The notes beneath the pieces were generated by a model. The model worked only from the letters and a program-made list of their open reading frames with translations. It searched no databases and was not told where the DNA came from. A DNA stretch of 63,785 nt, the filler included, from Collodictyon triciliatum (Eukaryota): the NCBI GenBank assembly GCA_043381765.1. It is 16 parts of 16 records of this genome, joined end to end, with 100 filler letters (N's around TTAATTAATTAA, not from the genome) between each part and the next. Parts side by side here need not be neighbours in the genome. Positions count along the whole stretch, not along the records: positions 35,987 to 39,874 come from JBHJMP010006752.1; positions 39,975 to 43,862 come from JBHJMP010006753.1; positions 43,963 to 47,848 come from JBHJMP010006754.1; positions 47,949 to 51,833 come from JBHJMP010006755.1; 12 more parts are not named here. The stretch is one strand, 5' to 3'. The translations under genes were made by a program, and so were the position numbers. How positions within the stretch are numbered: position 1 is the first letter of the stretch; every line of letters begins with the position of its first letter. Below, in pieces: positions 37,917 through 48,476 of the stretch.

Positions 37917-39673
37917 GAGAGATTTTGAAAGTCCGGGATATAACATTCAAATATTAATCATAATACTTGTTGACTAATTTATCAATGACAAGATTCAAGA
38001 ACAATAACAAGAGAAAATGAAATGAAAGGTGAGTTAATAATTGGACCGAATAAATAAACAGATGAAAGGCAGGGCGAATACCATCCATGGGCTTGCGTGC
38101 GTTTCTGGAGGCTATATCATCGGCGGTCGGTGGGGGAAGTTTGTCCAAGAAAGAGATGATAATAATAAAGAGCACCAGACTTACGCTTGCACATAAGAGA
38201 GGCACAGAGTTTTCCGCAACACCTGACTGATTTATTTTTAAGAGTGATATTTTAGAGATGAGCATTCTTTGCTCATTCGATCGATAAAACTGTGGGTACT
38301 ATCCAAGGATGATTTTTAAACAAAATACTGAAACTAAAATGACACATAAAAAGCAATAAATAACATAGCAATAGAAATAATAATGGATACAAACCTGAAT
38401 TAGATGGGCGCTAAAAGAACGAGCAAAACCACCTGCAAAAATGGGGCTCATGCCAACAGCTGCAAACAGGATTTCGCTTTGTCCACGGCCCTCCAGATAC
38501 ATTACAATGATACCCCAAATCCTGATGCCATGCAACGGATATTAAATCAAAGGAATCATTAGAGTGCTCTTTAATGAGCAATTTTGTGTTGTGATATGTT
38601 GCTCCCATTGGATATTACTTATTGCACTTATGAAATCACGATTAATCGAAAGACATTTTAAAATATACCATATAATTGGATATGAAATGGTATAAATTAA
38701 AATGAATAAATGAATCTGTGAATAGACCAAGATTACAACTCCAGTTATCTTTTAAGACACTCGATTTCATGAATGTGTCCATATCTCGACTGATATTCAC
38801 TTACGGTGCCAAACACACACCAGATAGAAAAACGCCCATAACTTGCAAAACCCCCAGAAAATCAAAATATATTGGCACAAGCCCACAGGCTGCTCCTGTA
38901 GCCAGTGAAACTAATGCGCGGAATCGGTCGCTTGGGTGAAGAGAAGGGACATAAAAAGTGGCTGAGAGTTTCCCCACAGCGATTCCAATTGTTCTAGGGA
39001 TAGAGAAGCTAGAGTTAAAATATGAATTCTGCTGGAAATGGTTCACACTAAGAGACGTAGAAGAGGAAGAAAAAAAGAAAAGAAAAGAAAAGAAAAGAAA
39101 AGAAAAGAAAAGAAAAGAAAAGAAAAGAAAAGAAAAGAAAAGAAAAGAAAAGAAAAGAAAAAGAAAAAGAAAAAGAAAAAGAAAAAGAAAAAGAAAAAGA
39201 AAAAGAAAAAGAAAAAGAAAAAGAGAAGAAAAAGAAAAGAAAAAGAAAAGAAAAATGAAATGATGGGTTCACAGTTGTCTTCATCAACGTATAGCGGGCT
39301 TATCACAAATGATGATTACAAGTTCTTTCCCTTCTCGCACGCATCAGGCACATAGAATGGTGAGATGATGGAAACGCGAAGCACAGACTCTTTGAGCCTG
39401 AAAGAATACCCCACCACGCGGGATCTCACGAGACCGAGACGAAGAAGCAGGCAAGGACAATCAACGTGGATGCAACAGAGACAGGTTGGGCTGCGCTTAG
39501 CAGAGTACTCACTGGGCCATGGCAAAGGCCACTTTCAAGTCGAGATCCAGGAACGTCCGCCCGCGGAACTCTGCGGCAAAGATCGGCATGCGGATCCCGT
39601 AGACGCAGGTGTACGCAAAGAAGGAGGTCGCGGCCGCGTAAGCTACAAGAGCGACGGGGTTGCGCAGATCCAT
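36423..39673 (-). CDS. DUF5690-family multipass membrane protein, intron-containing
   Basis: YTCVYGIRMP...DLKVAFAMAQ, IWGIIVMYLEGR, LPPPTADDIASRNARKPM, RAFREYFA, YVPAGSMIFERL and FLIYLTDGLGYL all match the recalled DUF5690 consensus. Confidence 0.8.
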
Positions 39674-39822
39674 CGATGCGGCGGCTGCTTGAGTGGGCGG
39701 GGCGAGGAAGAAAGCAGGTGAGTTGCAGGCTGCTCTCCTGCGCAGACTGGCAGACTTGGATGGGTTGGATGGCGTATTCCACAGCACAGACAGAATCTTA
39801 AGAAAAACTTTGGGAAAAACGA

Positions 39823-39874
<52 letters not shown>

Positions 39875-39974
39875 NNNNNNNNNNNNNNNNNNNNNNNNNN
39901 NNNNNNNNNNNNNNNNNNTTAATTAATTAANNNNNNNNNNNNNNNNNNNNNNNNNNNNNNNNNNNNNNNNNNNN

Positions 39975-40034
<60 letters not shown>

Positions 40035-40089
40035 TTTTTGGCTGTTGATCTCATGTGTCTGGCCCATACTTTCGAGTCGGATATGAATC

Positions 40090-43000
40090 TCAATATCCAA
40101 CTCCTCAGACTACGACGACAGTGGAGAGTATGGTCGTAGTTTAGAAGACGATGTGTCAGGGCTCACCCCAGACACCGGTATGTACGTTCTTATTGGTCCT
40201 TTTTTTTGTTTGCAAAACAACAGCGACGCTGCCTGCTTCGATATTAATCATCCGTTATACTATTTAAATGATGACAAATCATGCTATCTTTGTCTCTACC
40301 ATCGTTTTAGCTTGTAATTGGGTGTTTTGGCTATTCTGTAAGCTAATTGGACATATTTTAAACGATCAATCAGCATCACAGTACTTGTATCGAAGAGGTG
40401 CTCCTAGTGAGAAGGTTTCATCTTGATCCACCAGAATACCATGATTAATCTATGCCACCAGAAGAAAAATAGAACATTTTGATAAAGTCATTGTCAGTCA
40501 TACTTCAGCTACTCTTTAGTAAACTGCATTAGGGGGAAATACTTTATCGTATGTAACTCTTTTAAAAAAATGTAAGTTGGAGGTTCAAGTCAAGAAAGGC
40601 TACGCTGGTCGATATGGTGACGCAGACGTTGATGAATACGAGGATGATGGTAATCAACTTTATTTTTTCTTGTGTTTACTCTAGTTGAGTGCACGCATGG
40701 TCTTTGGTGAATTTACCAACCGTTCGCATCTATTTGATTTATATATGTATGTATTGGTACGATTCTATGGTACGATTCTATGGAACACCAATTTCATGCA
40801 TACGAAAATCCCACGCAAAAGATGACTATTTTTACGCCCTGATGGACCAAGTTTATGATGTTGTTGGAGATGAGTTCGCTGACCAAGATATCAGCAAAGC
40901 GCTTGAATTAGCTGGAGAAAATGTCGCAGAAGCAATCGACTTTTTGCTAAATGGTGTTGTAAAATCGACAAAGAAGCCGATAGGTATGTAGGAGATTTTT
41001 ATATTTTTCCCTTCATAATATGATATGATTAATCATTTGGTTTGTTTGTTGTCTAAGTAATACATCGTGTGAAAATCTTATAATGTGTTCATTTTTATAC
41101 AAAGTTCACACATAGAGTATGCCAGTAATTAAAAAAAATTGTGAAAAATTACTTCACCGTTGGTGTCTTTAGCAAAAGCCGCTATACCAATCAAGAAAGC
41201 AGAACCTCCAAAGATGCAAAAGCCGAAACAGCCCCCTACAAAACCTATCACATCACCGTTTGTCAATTTTACTAACTGTTCCATAGCAAGATTGCGCGCA
41301 ATTATTTTCAGCTTGTTATTTTATTTTCTTGATAATTTCTATTATCATTTCTTTTAATTGAAGGATGTTATCTCGACAATCTTTTCATACCTTGTCAGAG
41401 AACATTGATTTATTTAATCCCATGTAGGGCCCAAACACCGTCGAAAGCATCGAATACCCTTTTGAAAGGCTCGGCTAATAACTCCACCTCGAACAGCCCT
41501 GCTTCATCAACAAGCTCTGTGAAGAAAACAAATACTCCGGTTGAATCAGCAAAGACATTAGTAGATCAAGCGTCCACCGCTGAGACGAGGTACTTTCCTT
41601 ACCTGCAACATGTTTGGAAATCTGGCTTTTTTGCATAAACAATTCATATAATTTCATGTTTGTCGTATATCTTTTTATATTTACTATAATAAGCACTAAT
41701 TTTTATGTGATCTGAATCAGTTCTCCAAAGATTGCTCCTCAAAGGAGTTTGACAAAGACGAAAGAGATGCTCAGAGAAATATCCGAAGTTTGTGGCTAAT
41801 AATACCAATTATATTAATATCTATTCTCAATTGCAGACGCACACGTACTACAATACCTTACTCACTAACATTTAGAATGTTTGAACAGACAGAGGGTGTT
41901 GTTTGTCTAAGTTTATATTTTCAACTTACGTTCCCTATCTTTTTGTTTTAATTTTTGTTTTAATTTTTGTTTTAATTTTTGTTTTAATTTTTGTTTTAAT
42001 TTTTGTTTATGTTNNNNNNNNNNNNNNNNNNNNNNNNNNNNNNNNNNNNNNNNNNNNNNNNNNNNNNNNNNNNNNNNNNNNNNNNNNNNNNNNNNNNNNN
42101 NNNNNNNNNNNNNNNNNNNNNNNNNNNNNNNNNNNNNNNNNNNNNNNNNNNNNNNNNNNNNNNNNNNNNNNNNNNNNNNNNNNNNNNNNNNNNNNNNNNN
42201 NNNNNNNNNNNNNNNNNNNNNNNNNNNNNNNNNNNNNNNNNNNNNNNNNNNNNNNNNNNNNNNNNNNNNNNNNNNNNNNNNNNNNNNNNNNNNNNNNNNN
42301 NNNNNNNNNNNNNNNNNNNNNNNNNNNNNNNNNNNNNNNNNNNNNNNNNNNNNNNNNNNNNNNNNNNNNNNNNNNNNNNNNNNNNNNNNNNNNNNNNNNN
42401 NNNNNNNNNNNNNNNNNNNNNNNNNNNNNNNNNNNNNNNNNNNNNNNNNNNNNNNNNNNNNNNNNNNNNNNNNNNNNNNNNNNNNNNNNNNNNNNNNNNN
42501 NNNNNNNNNNNNNNNNNNNNNAAGAGTACCATAATGGGACACATGCTTGTCCTCCTTGGCAACGTTTCTCAACGTCTTATGCATAGGTAAAAGGTTTATG
42601 AGCAATTATCTGATGGTTTTATTTCATTAAATTGCTTTTGCACTTTTATAAAACAACCTCATTATGAATGTATCACACCAAGGTATCAGACAGATTCCCA
42701 AAAGATTGGGAAGGGTTCTTTTGCTTTCGCGTGGGTGTTAGATGAAAATGAACAAGAAAGATCTAGAGGTGACCTATTCCACTGAGTCCTCTCCTTTTGT
42801 TTATTTATTTAGTTTTGTGTTTATTTAAGCCAAATTCGATCGAGTTAACTTAATCCAAGTCGCGGTTTTCACAGCACATATAATTGCTTTTATTTAATTT
42901 TGGACTAATAACACCTTGTAAACCTTTTGCTATTAAGGTGTTACAATCGATATCGGAATCACTTATTTTGAAACGCCAAATAAGCGAATCACTCTTCTTG

Positions 43001-43713
43001 ATGCTCCAGGCCATCGTGATTTTATTCCAAACATGATTTCTGGTGCTTCTCAGGTAAAAAAAAAAAAAACATAACGAATAATACTGTTCTCTAATCGGGC
43101 ATTAGCTGTATACCAACTGCTGGATTATGGATTTATTGTTGCTGTGTTCACTAATGAGAAGGAAACTAAAGGCTGATGTTGCTATTCTTGTCGTTGACTC
43201 CACAGTGGGGGAATTCGAGGCCGGGTTTGATGGAAACGGACAGACTAAAGAGCATGCGGTAGGTTTTAACTTTTCTTTCTGTGTACTTGCATGATTTTAA
43301 CTTAATCTTATTAGTACTTGCCTCTATAATTCCTTTTTGTGCTGCTTTTAAACTGTAAGATGACGATAATATAATAGTAGTACTTTAAAAGAAAAAAAGG
43401 GAAAGATAAATAAATGACATACGATAATATACCAGAAACACATACTTATAACGAAATTACAGATTTTAATTCGAAGCCTTGGTGTAACAAATCTATTGGT
43501 TGCTGTGAATAAAATGGACAACGTTTGTAACTAAATTCTCCCTTTTAACCATACACGAATGAAATTTATGAGTCATATTTTTCTCATATTTGAAATGGCC
43601 ATTTTTTTTCAAGATTGAAACCCCGCTTTGCAATCAAAATTTAAGGCTAATTGGTCAAAAGAGCGCTTTGATGAAATCAGCGGTCGACTCCTAACATTTT
43701 TGAAACAATCAGG
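40090..43713 (+). CDS. HBS1: HBS1-like translational GTPase, multi-exon, partial, with an internal gap at 42014-42521
   Basis: N-terminal [12 protein letters not shown] and [13 protein letters not shown]. The GTPase part has [49 protein letters not shown] and VNKMD. Confidence 0.92.
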
Positions 43714-43962
43714 GTAATTTGCTATCCTTAATATTGTGTTTATTATTATAATAATAACCATTACTTGTTCCTTGTTCCTTGTTCCTTGTTCCTTGTTCCT
43801 TGTTCCTTGTTCCTTGTTCCTTGTTCCTTGTTCCTTGTTCCTTGTTCCTTGTTCCTTGTTCCNNNNNNNNNNNNNNNNNNNNNNNNNNNNNNNNNNNNNN
43901 NNNNNNTTAATTAATTAANNNNNNNNNNNNNNNNNNNNNNNNNNNNNNNNNNNNNNNNNNNN

Positions 43963-44045
<83 letters not shown>

Positions 44046-44081
44046 CGAGAAATGGCTTGAAACATGGGGGAAAGAAAGTAC

Positions 44082-44138
44082 CTTGGCCTTTGCAACACGG
44101 CTTACTATATTTCGTGGAAGTTCAATATCCTCGGACAT
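44082..44138 (-). CDS. First exon of a histone-fold protein (POLE3/DPB4/CHRAC17-like)
   Basis: MSEDIELPRNIVSRVAKAK followed by a GT donor. Only 19 aa are visible. Confidence 0.6.
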
Positions 44139-44599
44139 GACAGGCTTAGCTATGATAGCTAGTCAGTGAAATACTTGCATGCTTTTTTTTTGTTTTTTTT
44201 TTGTGTTGTTTTGTTTTGTTTTGTTTTGTTTTGTGTTGTTTTGTTTTGTGTTGTTTTGTTTTTGTTTTGTTTTTGTTTTTGTTTTTGTTTTTGTTTTGTT
44301 TTTGTTTTTGTTTTTGTTTTGTGTTGTTTTGTTTTTGTTTTGTTTTTGTTTTGTTTTGTTGTTGTTTTATTTTTGTTTTTGTTTTTTCCATATTTGATAT
44401 GTTGAAACAGGTTTATCAACCTACCAAGTCTGCCGTTCACGCACCAAAAAAAGAGAAAAAAGAAAGGTGGGGCACGGCCATCACCTTTGATAATATATCC
44501 ACCAAAATATGTGAATGAATATACTTCTAATTTTGGGATCTGTCTTCATACTTGTTTATTTGCCGCTGAGTGAGCGACATCTATGTTCATACATATTCT

Positions 44600-44790
44600 T
44601 TGCATTCTAGACTAGGCAATGCTTGGTATTCGAGTGTAATTTTATTCAGTACTAGAAGGGATACACCATCTTTCGATGGTAAACTTCGTCCAGCAATATC
44701 CAAGGTCTCACCACTTTTTTCATACGGATTGTGTAGTGATGAAGGCTGCCAGGGAAGACCCAACAGTCTGTTTTTTAAAGGAATGTGTAC
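44600..44790 (-). ncRNA. Candidate Fanzor omegaRNA region
   Basis: Lies directly 3' of the Fanzor ORF. Stems: GGTCT/AGACC, TCATCACT/AGTGGTGA, and ACCATC-GAAA-GATGGT with a GNRA loop on the Fanzor strand. Confidence 0.45.
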
Positions 44791-46660
44791 GCATATTTTG
44801 AAGGGTTAAAAGAACTTTCTTGGGTATATTTTTAGCGCTGTTAAAGTCTCTTGTCAAGAATACAGTTTGCTTGCTTTCTGAGCGATTGCATTCTATACAT
44901 ATGAGACATATATACAACCTTTTTTGTATTTCCTTTCGGATTCATATATTCCAGTTCTTTTTCGCAGTTGTAGCACATCTTCAAGGTTATAAATTTATTT
45001 ACACTAACTGTTTCAAAACGTTTGGATGGTATTTTTTTTTTAATTCTCTTCCGATTATTGGCATAAAATGCTTCATCGGGAATTTTCTGCCCAGTCTCCA
45101 TACGCCAGTACAACGTCCTTGCCAAATGTCTTATCGATTCGGTCCATAAACAACTGTTCACTTCTTTTTGTATTAACATACTGTCTCCATCTCATCTTTC
45201 GAAAAGTCACGTGTTCATAAAATCTGGATAATTCTATCTGGTATCTTGATTTCATAGATATATTCTCAAAATTTATCATAATCGACCGTGCACGAACTAC
45301 GTTTACTCAGTTCTGTCTCTAAATCGATTAAAGATACTCTTGATGTCTCAAACTGCTGATTCTCTTCAAAAGTCCTGTGACCAAAAGAAATAGCACTTTG
45401 TAAATCTGTTGCCATGCATATCCTTGAAGCATTGTACTTATTTTTTTCTCGCGGAAGAGTATTTTGTGTTTTTTAAGAGATTTGCTATCATGTCTTCTTC
45501 GGTATGCGGTGTAACGTAATTTCTTACCTGTCTCATCTACCATGTAAACCAAATTAAACTTGCCTGCGTCCAGTCAAACTATTTTTTTTTCCCTAGTAAA
45601 GATAACTGCTCTTCGGAAAGTTCATCCATATAAACATATTCTTGGGTTTTTTTTATTATATTAGTATTTTGAATTTGAAATACCTTTCTTTTCAAACAAT
45701 AATGACACCGCCAAGTTGTCTGTTTGTATCATATATTTAAAATTGTAGTCTCTTTGATGAAAGACTCTCCTCTTCATTTCAAAGAACTTATCCCATAGGT
45801 TCTCTTTGCATCCTGATATATTCTTCAGTAATAATGTTTTTCCAGTTGGCACTAATAGATCTATCAAACATGCAGCATCTATATTAATATGGTATGGTAT
45901 ATTGTTAGTTCTTATAGAGATTGGTTGAAACAGTTTGGTTCCAGTGTCCTCAAAAATGCGATTCATGTAAATCAGACATGGAATGTACTTATTTGGATTG
46001 ACTTTGGCGTCATACTCAATCCTTCTAACAATATCGCTGGGAATTGTATGACACAAATGCGATTTAGTCCATTCTTTGTATATTGTTCCGATATTTTGAG
46101 ATACAGGAAGATGGCTTTTTTTTTTAACTTTCGTAACTCTGTCTTTTTAATAGGTGCCGTCATATTCTCGTCTTTAGGAACTGTTTGATTTATAAAGCGC
46201 AGTAACCTCTTGACAAAATGTTCCTAATGTTATAACGATAAGCTGTTAACATTTGCTTCGCCAAGTACGGTAATACATGAGACAGTGCAACCAATCAAAA
46301 GCGTTCTTCTCGGGACAAAAGGAATCGAAAATCATAGATAAAAAGTCATCGTGTCTTCACTCAAACCTGGATGTTTTAATATTGTGAGTTTATCTTGTGA
46401 GACTATTTCAACTTTCTTTAAAGCGTACAAAAAAAAACATTTGATTGATTGTTGGGGCTTGTTGTGATTTGAATATCTAACATCTTGCAAAGAGATAATT
46501 GTCGGTAACCAAATTATGACACAATAAAACCGTATCGTTGACTTTGTAATAGTCATCCGCATTCTTTACAATCGACTTTAGGGATGTTTTCACATTTCGA
46601 TACTCTGGTTTTATATACTTTAGATTCTCAGACTCGAGACGTTTTCTTTTCTTCACCTGA
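44720..46660 (-). pseudogene. Decayed Fanzor1 (eukaryotic TnpB-like RuvC nuclease)
   Basis: Fragments in order: YRNVKTSLKSIVK; FKYMIQTDNLAVSLLF; IV*LDAGKFNLVYMVD (RuvC-I); LRYT; FRKMRWRQYVNTKRSEQ; VVLAYGDW; VNKFITLKMCYNC (RuvC-II plus Zn finger); CIEC; TRDFNSAKNI (RuvC-III). Multiple frameshifts and stops, no introns. Confidence 0.88.
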
Positions 46661-47749
46661 AATTCTTTGTTTTACTTTTTCCTTTAGAGAACTACTGAGT
46701 TTTCAATTTTAATAAAACTCTAGTCAATCAGTCAACTTAATATTAAAAAAAACGCACAAACTCAATTTATGTAAAATTAAGCATCTACCGAGGCTCTCAA
46801 AATATGCACATTGTGGCAAACAAACACACAAAGCTTTTGTTATAAGTGATTTGAGACAAAACGTTGAGAGCCGATTCGGCGAGTTCGAAAGGACGGCCGT
46901 ATAGCCATTGCGACTGAAAGTCAATATATCGGCCCTAAACAACATGATTACCGCCGCAAGTGTGGATAGTATGCTTTTTTGAAATGCATGTTTGGTGGAA
47001 GGTTTGTGGGTGGGTTATGTCTGGGCCAAGGCAACAGCTTGTTTGTAATCTTGATTTTTAACGATATTAATAGATAAATGAAAAAAAATATAAATTGATT
47101 GTAGGAGTAGAATGAGATTATAAAGTATTTTTAACCTTATTATACATACTAATCACACAATTATTTTATTCAGGTTCTTTCTTGGATTCATCAAAGCTCC
47201 TGCTTTCGTCAATCTGTATTTAATTTGATGGTTGTCTGCGCAATAAACTGCTATGGATGGGTACACTTTTGTTGTATAAAAAGTATTGTCCTTGAAAGCG
47301 ATAAAACCAAGTTCGTCACAACATTTGTAATGAACTTTATCCATTTACAGGCTGAATGAGACCGAAGAAAAAGAAAAGAAAAAAGAAAAGAAAAAAGAAA
47401 AAGAAAAAAGAAAAAAGAAAAAAGAAAAAAGAAAAAAGAAAAAAGAAAAAAGAAAAAGAAAAAAGAAAAGAAAAAGAAAAGAAAAAAGAAAAAGAAAAAA
47501 GAAAAGAAAAAAGAAAAGAAAAAAGAAAAAGAAAAAAGAAAAAAAGAAAAAGAAAAAGGAAAGGAAAATGAAAAAAAGAAAAAGAAGAAAAAGAAGAAAA
47601 AGAAGAAAAAGAAAAGAAAAACAATAAGAAAAAAAGAGTAAAAAAGAAACGGATGAATGAATCAGAGCAACTAATACTGAACAATATATTCATACTTATT
47701 TTGCTACCCGTGTGTCGATGGCTTGAGCTCGATGAGTCTTTTTTATTCC

Positions 47750-47828
<79 letters not shown>

Positions 47829-47948
47829 TATTTGTTTTTTTATTTTTTNNNNNNNNNNNNNNNNNNNNNNNNNNNNNNNNNNNNNNNNNNNNTTAATTAA
47901 TTAANNNNNNNNNNNNNNNNNNNNNNNNNNNNNNNNNNNNNNNNNNNN

Positions 47949-48012
47949 TAAGAACTTTGTCATTGTAATTCTTAATACGCATGTATTTCGCTTCAGAGGG
48001 AAAATCGGACAT
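47949..48012 (-). CDS. Start of a hypothetical ORF cut by the contig end
   Basis: MSDFPSEAKYMRIKNYNDKVL starts about 20 nt after the stop of the upstream minus-strand ORF. Confidence 0.45.
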
Positions 48013-48033
48013 ACTATAATAAAGAAAATAATT

Positions 48034-48393
48034 TTATGTAAAAGGTCTAAAGGGGTGTCCGGTTGATGCAAGCACGTAAGCCTGACCCAAGTCTTGAATG
48101 CCTGAGCCTATCTGTTGTGCATTTTTTAATTTAAAATCTGTATTTCCTAAAGTCGATAACCCTCGCCCCAAGTAATTCGTCGCTGTAATTGCTGTTACAA
48201 ATGGGTTTGTAATTGTTTGAATTGCTGGTTTAACACCAGTTCCTTGGAGGGCTAATTCAACAAGTCCACCGCTAGCTTTATTCAAAGTTTGATAACCTCG
48301 GTCGATTCTGTCAATCCTGTTCATCACGTCCTGTGTATTTCTTGTTAGGAATCGCCCCACGCCCCTGGCCATTTTTCTCGCGTCTACAATCAT
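48034..48393 (-). CDS. Small intronless hypothetical protein, Gly/Thr-rich and amphipathic
   Basis: MIVDARKMARGVGRFLTRN...GHPFRPFT*. The start codon is uncertain (48393 or 48372). Confidence 0.7.
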   Translation of the reverse strand: MIVDARKMARGVGRFLTRNTQDVMNRIDRIDRGYQTLNKASGGLVELALQGTGVKPAIQTITNPFVTAITATNYLGRGLSTLGNTDFKLKNAQQIGSGIQDLGQAYVLASTGHPFRPFT

Positions 48394-48476
48394 ATCATTG
48401 TAAACATTTTTTTTAAAAAAAAATGTTTGCAACAATTGCAATATCATTACATACAAATTAATTTATTGCTCATAAC

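Noticed and set aside
42014-42521. Long ORFs spanning this interval
   Set aside because: Scaffold gap of Ns within HBS1.
44791-46807. 11-bp inverted match (GCATATTTTGA / TCAAAATATGC) and AAGGG-TTAA as transposon TIRs for the Fanzor
   Set aside because: The left copy lies inside the apparent ORF end, would exclude the omegaRNA region, and has no matching TSD or partner piggyBac-type end.
47153-47344. 63-aa minus-strand ORF upstream of the Fanzor as its transposase or partner
   Set aside because: No recognisable motif and too short to support a call.
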